From Takakia lepidozioides (Eukaryota > Plantae > Bryophyta), in assembly GCA_030704615.1 (NCBI GenBank), contig CM060734.1, positions 39,246,001 to 39,310,000 of the forward strand: 64,000 bases of DNA, written 5' to 3'. A program made the translations under genes and the position numbers. A model generated the notes under the pieces. The model saw only the letters and a list, made by a program, of their open reading frames with translations. It was not told where the DNA came from and made no database searches. Positions 59,397 through 64,000 of this stretch are shown here, one piece after another. Positions within the stretch are counted from its first letter, which is position 1, and each line of letters begins with the position of its first letter.

Positions 59397-61650
59397 ATGT
59401 CAGGAAGCAATGGGGTTGTAGTTATAGGTGTAAAGAGCTGCTCGGAAGAGGATGCATCACACCTATTGGATCGTCTTCTCGATGCCCATCTATTTGGTGG
59501 AGGGGGAAGGTCTGTGCTTCAAAACAAGGATGGCCAGTGGTCCTCTGGCTCCACGAAGACAAAGGAAACGGAAGCCCCTAATTCTCAAGTTGGGCTGCAT
59601 AGCAGCTTGAACCCTAACAGAAGTCCTCATATCCAAGAAGACACAGTGGTCTCAAGCGAGGCCGCCAAAAGAACGCACAGCCAGATTGTGGAAGAGGCAG
59701 GCACGCACAGGAATGGCGAAATTGGACTGGATACAGTTGAAGGGGCAACGGAGAATGACTGCAGCACTAGCGCCCAGAGGTCCATGCATACACCCCAGAT
59801 CCAACCCCGACTAGAGGGGCAGAAGGCAATGGAGGACCTGCAAGCAATTAGGGACTTTCTATGGAGCAAAACTGAGATATTGAGAGCGAAGGGGGGAATC
59901 TCCAATAGTTCAGCAGGAGGCTCTGGATGGTCGCTGCTGCCGCTACTGCGGCAGCAGCATCAGCTGCGGCCTCTGCTTTGGAAGGCCGAGGGTGAGGTTG
60001 AGAAAGGGGAACTTGACAAAGGTAAAAAAGGAGTTCTTGTAAAAGGCCTGGAAGTCAGTTGAATCACTCCTGCTTCCACAGCAGAAGCAGCAGTCCAGGT
60101 TGGATTATCTGAGCTTTAGTGTGATTGCACTTGAGGACCACATGACAATAAACTTGAGGGAGGAAGCAACCAGTATATTTCAAAGTGGGATCTCACTTGA
60201 AGATTACACCAGCTGGGTTTTCTGTTGAAAATCCGCTCGTGTATTTTGCAGAAGGATCCCAAGGATGGGAAAATGTACATGAAGGGCTGTCGACCAGTAG
60301 ATGCCAATTCAGCTGGCAATTACATCCCAGAGAAGCATCTTCTATGGAGGGGGCGAGTTGGAGGGCGTCACTATAGAAACAGATAAGGAGGACACGCTCT
60401 GTATGCTTGACTGTACCATGTTCCTAGCGAAAGAGGTCAAGAAATTGACTAAGGAGTGCAGCGTTATGGTGCAACTGCAGTATCCTCGCCGGCAATCTCT
60501 CACCAACGGGCCATCCATGGCCAAGTCACCAGCATTGCAGCACCTGGTGACAAACATTATTTCAATCCTATCAATGTGTCATTGCAGATGGAGACATTTG
60601 CAGATTATGAGTACACCGCAGGAACTCTCATAGTTGGAATTTGCAACGAGACTTGTCCCCAGAGTTCTTCAAAGACAGATACCTACCAAGAAGCTAAGTT
60701 TTGTGAAGTTGCATTGCAACTTATTGAGCAGTGGCTGGATGTTGAGCCTTTTTGGCAACGCACCCAGTCCGAAGAATTTTGTTTGAAGCTGGCCCCTTTT
60801 GGCTTCGGGGCATCCCATGGGGCAAATCTCCCCCGCGGTTGCCTTCTCATTCAGTACCTTAGATGTGATGCCCTGGCTGATGAATTGGGTGCAAAGTCCA
60901 ACACGAATGTTAGTGCTGGTTTCCGTGCAGTACTTGGTGGAGAGAGTCCCAACCTTGCATTTTGAAGGTCTGGCTTGAATGGGCACACTTCTTGTAGTGG
61001 AAGGCTCCTGGAGAAATGAGTCTGGGCAGATATGCACGATGGCATGCCATGCTGGTGCAAGAACAGCGATAGGAGTAGAGATTGTGATATCAAAATTTGC
61101 CTCCACATTCGAGCGGCTTTCTCTCTCAAGCAGCGCAGCATCGCGGAAGGCACCATTTCCAGCATATGGCCTCTCAACCACTCTAGTTCACTCAACCTCT
61201 CTCCTTCCACATGTCTCTCCACAACCAGGATGTTCCAGCCAGTGTCCAAAAACAGCTTCAGTACAAGTACGACAACATCAGGGAGGCAGGTGCAATGATG
61301 ATAAGGAATGAACCTAACTTCGTTCGGGTCCAGAATCCGGGCCAGTGTGTTTCGTTACCCTACTCTCCATGGACTTGATGATTACAGCATCTTAAGCATA
61401 GATCTTTCAGTTGAATCATCAATGTACATGAAGGGTTGTTGACCAGTAGATGCCAATTGGACGCTGCTCCAGGACAATGCAGATTCCTTAGATGATGGGC
61501 TTGACTATTCCCTTGGAATTGTTCTGGAGTACCCCTCGATAGTTGCTAGGTGGCTGACAAGACCAACTGTGAAGATAGACATCACCAGCCAGCAGAATGT
61601 GGACGAACCTTTCTACTTCAAACCGATAAGTACGCAAGTTGTACTACTCA
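59397..61650 (+). pseudogene. Broken + strand coding-like region of unknown family with an internal partial duplication
   Basis: Consecutive ORFs of 221, 110 and 169 aa in different frames. A 37-bp near-identical repeat at ~60273 and ~61422 is followed in each case by weakly similar peptides. Confidence 0.3.
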
Positions 61651-62901
61651 CAAGTGAGTAGTACACTGTGGCAAAGGCTAACCACAAACGTGGAAAATTC
61701 ATAATATGCTCTTCATTCGAAGCAACCACCTGTTCTTCCGCTGTAACAAACTCGTTCACAAAATGCTCTTCTTTCGCAGCAACCACCGGTTATTTGACAA
61801 AATGTTCTTCTTTCGCTCCAATCCATTTGTCTTTTGAGTACAACCTCAACATAATACATTTGCACAAAGTATCAGAGTCAACACCGGGAGGGAGAAGGAG
61901 AGGTAAATCATCTGGAAAAGGGTCCTGTGGAGGCGGAGGAGGGTAGGATCCATTGGCCACTGGCCAAATTGGTGCTACACTCAATACCTGAGTAACATTA
62001 GATATATTCTGACCATTACATGGCCTTGCTGCCAAGGGTGGTGAAAAGGAGGTCAGGCCAGGGAATTGAAAGCCTTGGCAACAAGGGATTTGCTCTTCGT
62101 TTGCCAAACTTGTCAAACACTCAACCGCAAAATGAGAGTGTGAAACGAGGGTGGAGACAAGCTGGTCTCCGAGTCTGGGAGTAAGTACCCATTGGTGGCC
62201 AAGGGAGGTAAGAAGGAGGTCGGGCCAGGGAATTGAAAGCCTTGGAAACAGGGGATTTGCTCTTGAGACAACATATTCTTTGACTTTCCCGATCACTTAC
62301 AAGCGACAGCGGGATGAGATTGTTTCTCGGAAGAGTCTGGAAGGGTCGTAGAGTGTGGCAACCCTAACTCTGAAGCTGTTATGTATTGGTGCCCAGCTGT
62401 CACATGTCAAGCGCCATCTGCCTACATCTCGCTTGGGATGCTTAGGCTGTGGGCTACATAATTCCTCTTATCACAGGTTAGTAGGTGACTGATCACCTAA
62501 GATCTCTGCCCTTTTGTTCAAGGATTTGCCTCTCTGATGCACTTTTGTTCTCAATACTGGCTCCAAATGGAATAGCAAGTTTTTATGAATTAGCAATGTT
62601 ACTGAAGATCTAATATCTAGCAAGCTAATGTGCCCGGATTGTCATATGAAATCTGTACTGAATATGAGTATCTTCAAATCCTACCTCATGAAGGTAGTTG
62701 TTTATACCTCTCCTTCCACTTCCCTCCTCAAAATAAGTGTGGACATGTCTCTCTCTCTCCATAAATAGAAAACGCATGATTCTTCAGACAAATGAAGCCT
62801 AACAAAGACCGAAACCGCAAAATCCAACCGCAACTTGGACCCTTTCAGAAGCAAACAAAAGCACAAGCTGAACATTTTAGTAACAGAAGAGATCACTACC
62901 A

Positions 62902-63197
62902 TGTTGGAAGTAATTAAACATATCTAGAAGACTAAGAGTCTTGAAGGCCAAAGGTTTAGAAGTCTAAGAGACTATCTTGTTTAACTCACCTTTGGAAGGT
63001 GAATGGCTAGAAGGTGGATGGTCACCATAGTACTCTTACACTTGACTAATGGCTTCACCCCCGAGTTTGTACAAGAAGGTATCTAGAAAGTCCTACTTGG
63101 TCACTTGATGGTGGCTTATATGGTTGGGTGGAGAGCTTTAGTTTTAGCTTTAGTCTAAGACTTTAGTTCTTGTTCATGTTCTTGATCAATTCTAACA
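62902..63197 (+). repeat. 5' LTR (296 bp) of a Ty1/copia element
   Basis: TGTTGGAA...TTCTAACA inverted termini, followed immediately by a perfect tRNA-iMet PBS TGGTATCAGAGCC (63198-63210). Confidence 0.8.
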
Positions 63198-63258
63198 TGG
63201 TATCAGAGCCATTCTTCTCTAGGTGAGAGTTGGTAGTTGAGATTGAGAGAACTTGATT

Positions 63259-64000
63259 ATGGCTGGAGCGTCGTCTTCTAGCAATCCTCCTTCTATGTCT
63301 ATGACAAGTGCATTAGATGTGAGAGTGGAAGATCGATTCAATGGAGCTAACTATCAAACCTGGAAGTTTGGGATAGAGATGGTACTTCTAGACAAAGATC
63401 TATGGGGAGTGGTTGATGGATCAGTCCCAAGACCTGACACTATTGTTGGCCAAGCCATATGGGATAGGAAAGATCAGAAAGCAAGAGCTAGCATCATCAC
63501 AAACTTGAGAGACAATCAGTTGCATCTCATTATAAGTGCTAAGAATGCTAAGGATGTTTGGGACAAGCTAGCAAGCATATATGAGACGAAGGATGTCACA
63601 TCGCAAGTGTATGCGACGCAAAAGTTCTATGGTCTGAAGATGACCGAGTCAGACTCAGTTGAACAACACTTGAATTTGTTTTGTGTGTTGCGAGATCAAC
63701 TAGTCTTTATGGGAACTAATGTGACTGATGAACACGCTGCAGTGGTGTTATTGGCAACCTTACCTGAATCCTATGATGGTTTTGTGGTGTTTCTAGCAGG
63801 ACAAACCAACTTAACTATTGATGTTGTCATAGGACTTCTCCTCAAGGAGGAAACAAGAAGAAAATGTCAAGGTACGTCTATAGAGGTAGACAGAGCTTTG
63901 TTCACAGGCAAGACTGGAGTAGTCTTGAATAGAAGACTCCCTTCACATATGTCTCAGAAATCCCAGAGGTTTCAGAAACCTCAATCTAGCTCAAAGATCA
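63259..64000 (+). mobile_element. Ty1/copia gag ORF, open to the window edge (absent from the supplied ORF track)
   Basis: ATG at 63259 with no stop before 64000. Copia Gag motifs: FNGANYQTWKF..LLDKDLWGVVDG, WDRKDQKARASI, AKDVWDKL, LKMTESDSVEQHL, LLATLPESY. Confidence 0.92.

Noticed and set aside
58762-59581. Overlapping ~200-aa Ser/Pro/Leu-rich ORFs
   Set aside because: CT-rich low-complexity sequence is open in several frames, as expected for a 5' leader; no motifs.

Overview
Eukaryotic nuclear DNA from a land plant, probably a seed-free lineage: it has spliceosomal introns, a PAL gene and a DRC8/EFCAB2-like flagellar gene. Four host genes are supported: TIC21/PIC1 (14658-17239, +, 4 exons), PAL (21567-24537, -, 4 exons), a DRC8/EFCAB2-like EF-hand gene (44935-47264, +, 5 exons) and a single-exon 637-aa predicted membrane-anchored protein of unknown function (49408-51321, -). 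Transposons are abundant: a full-length decayed chromodomain Ty3/gypsy element (37939-43883) whose two LTRs differ by a ~66-bp inversion, the 5' end of an intact-looking Ty1/copia element (62902-64000), three tRNA-type SINEs, a ~1.5-kb long-TIR foldback element and probable LINE ORF1 remnants. The most unusual part is ~2.7-10 kb. There, CACTA/EnSpm Tnp2 and Plavaka-like transposase fragments are interleaved with three enzyme-like cargo genes: an intron-containing N4/N6 (amino) DNA methyltransferase-like gene, a SET-domain gene and an FCP1/NIF phosphatase-like fragment. This may be a decayed large DNA transposon carrying chromatin-modifying genes. All family assignments come from motif recognition by eye; no database searches were run.
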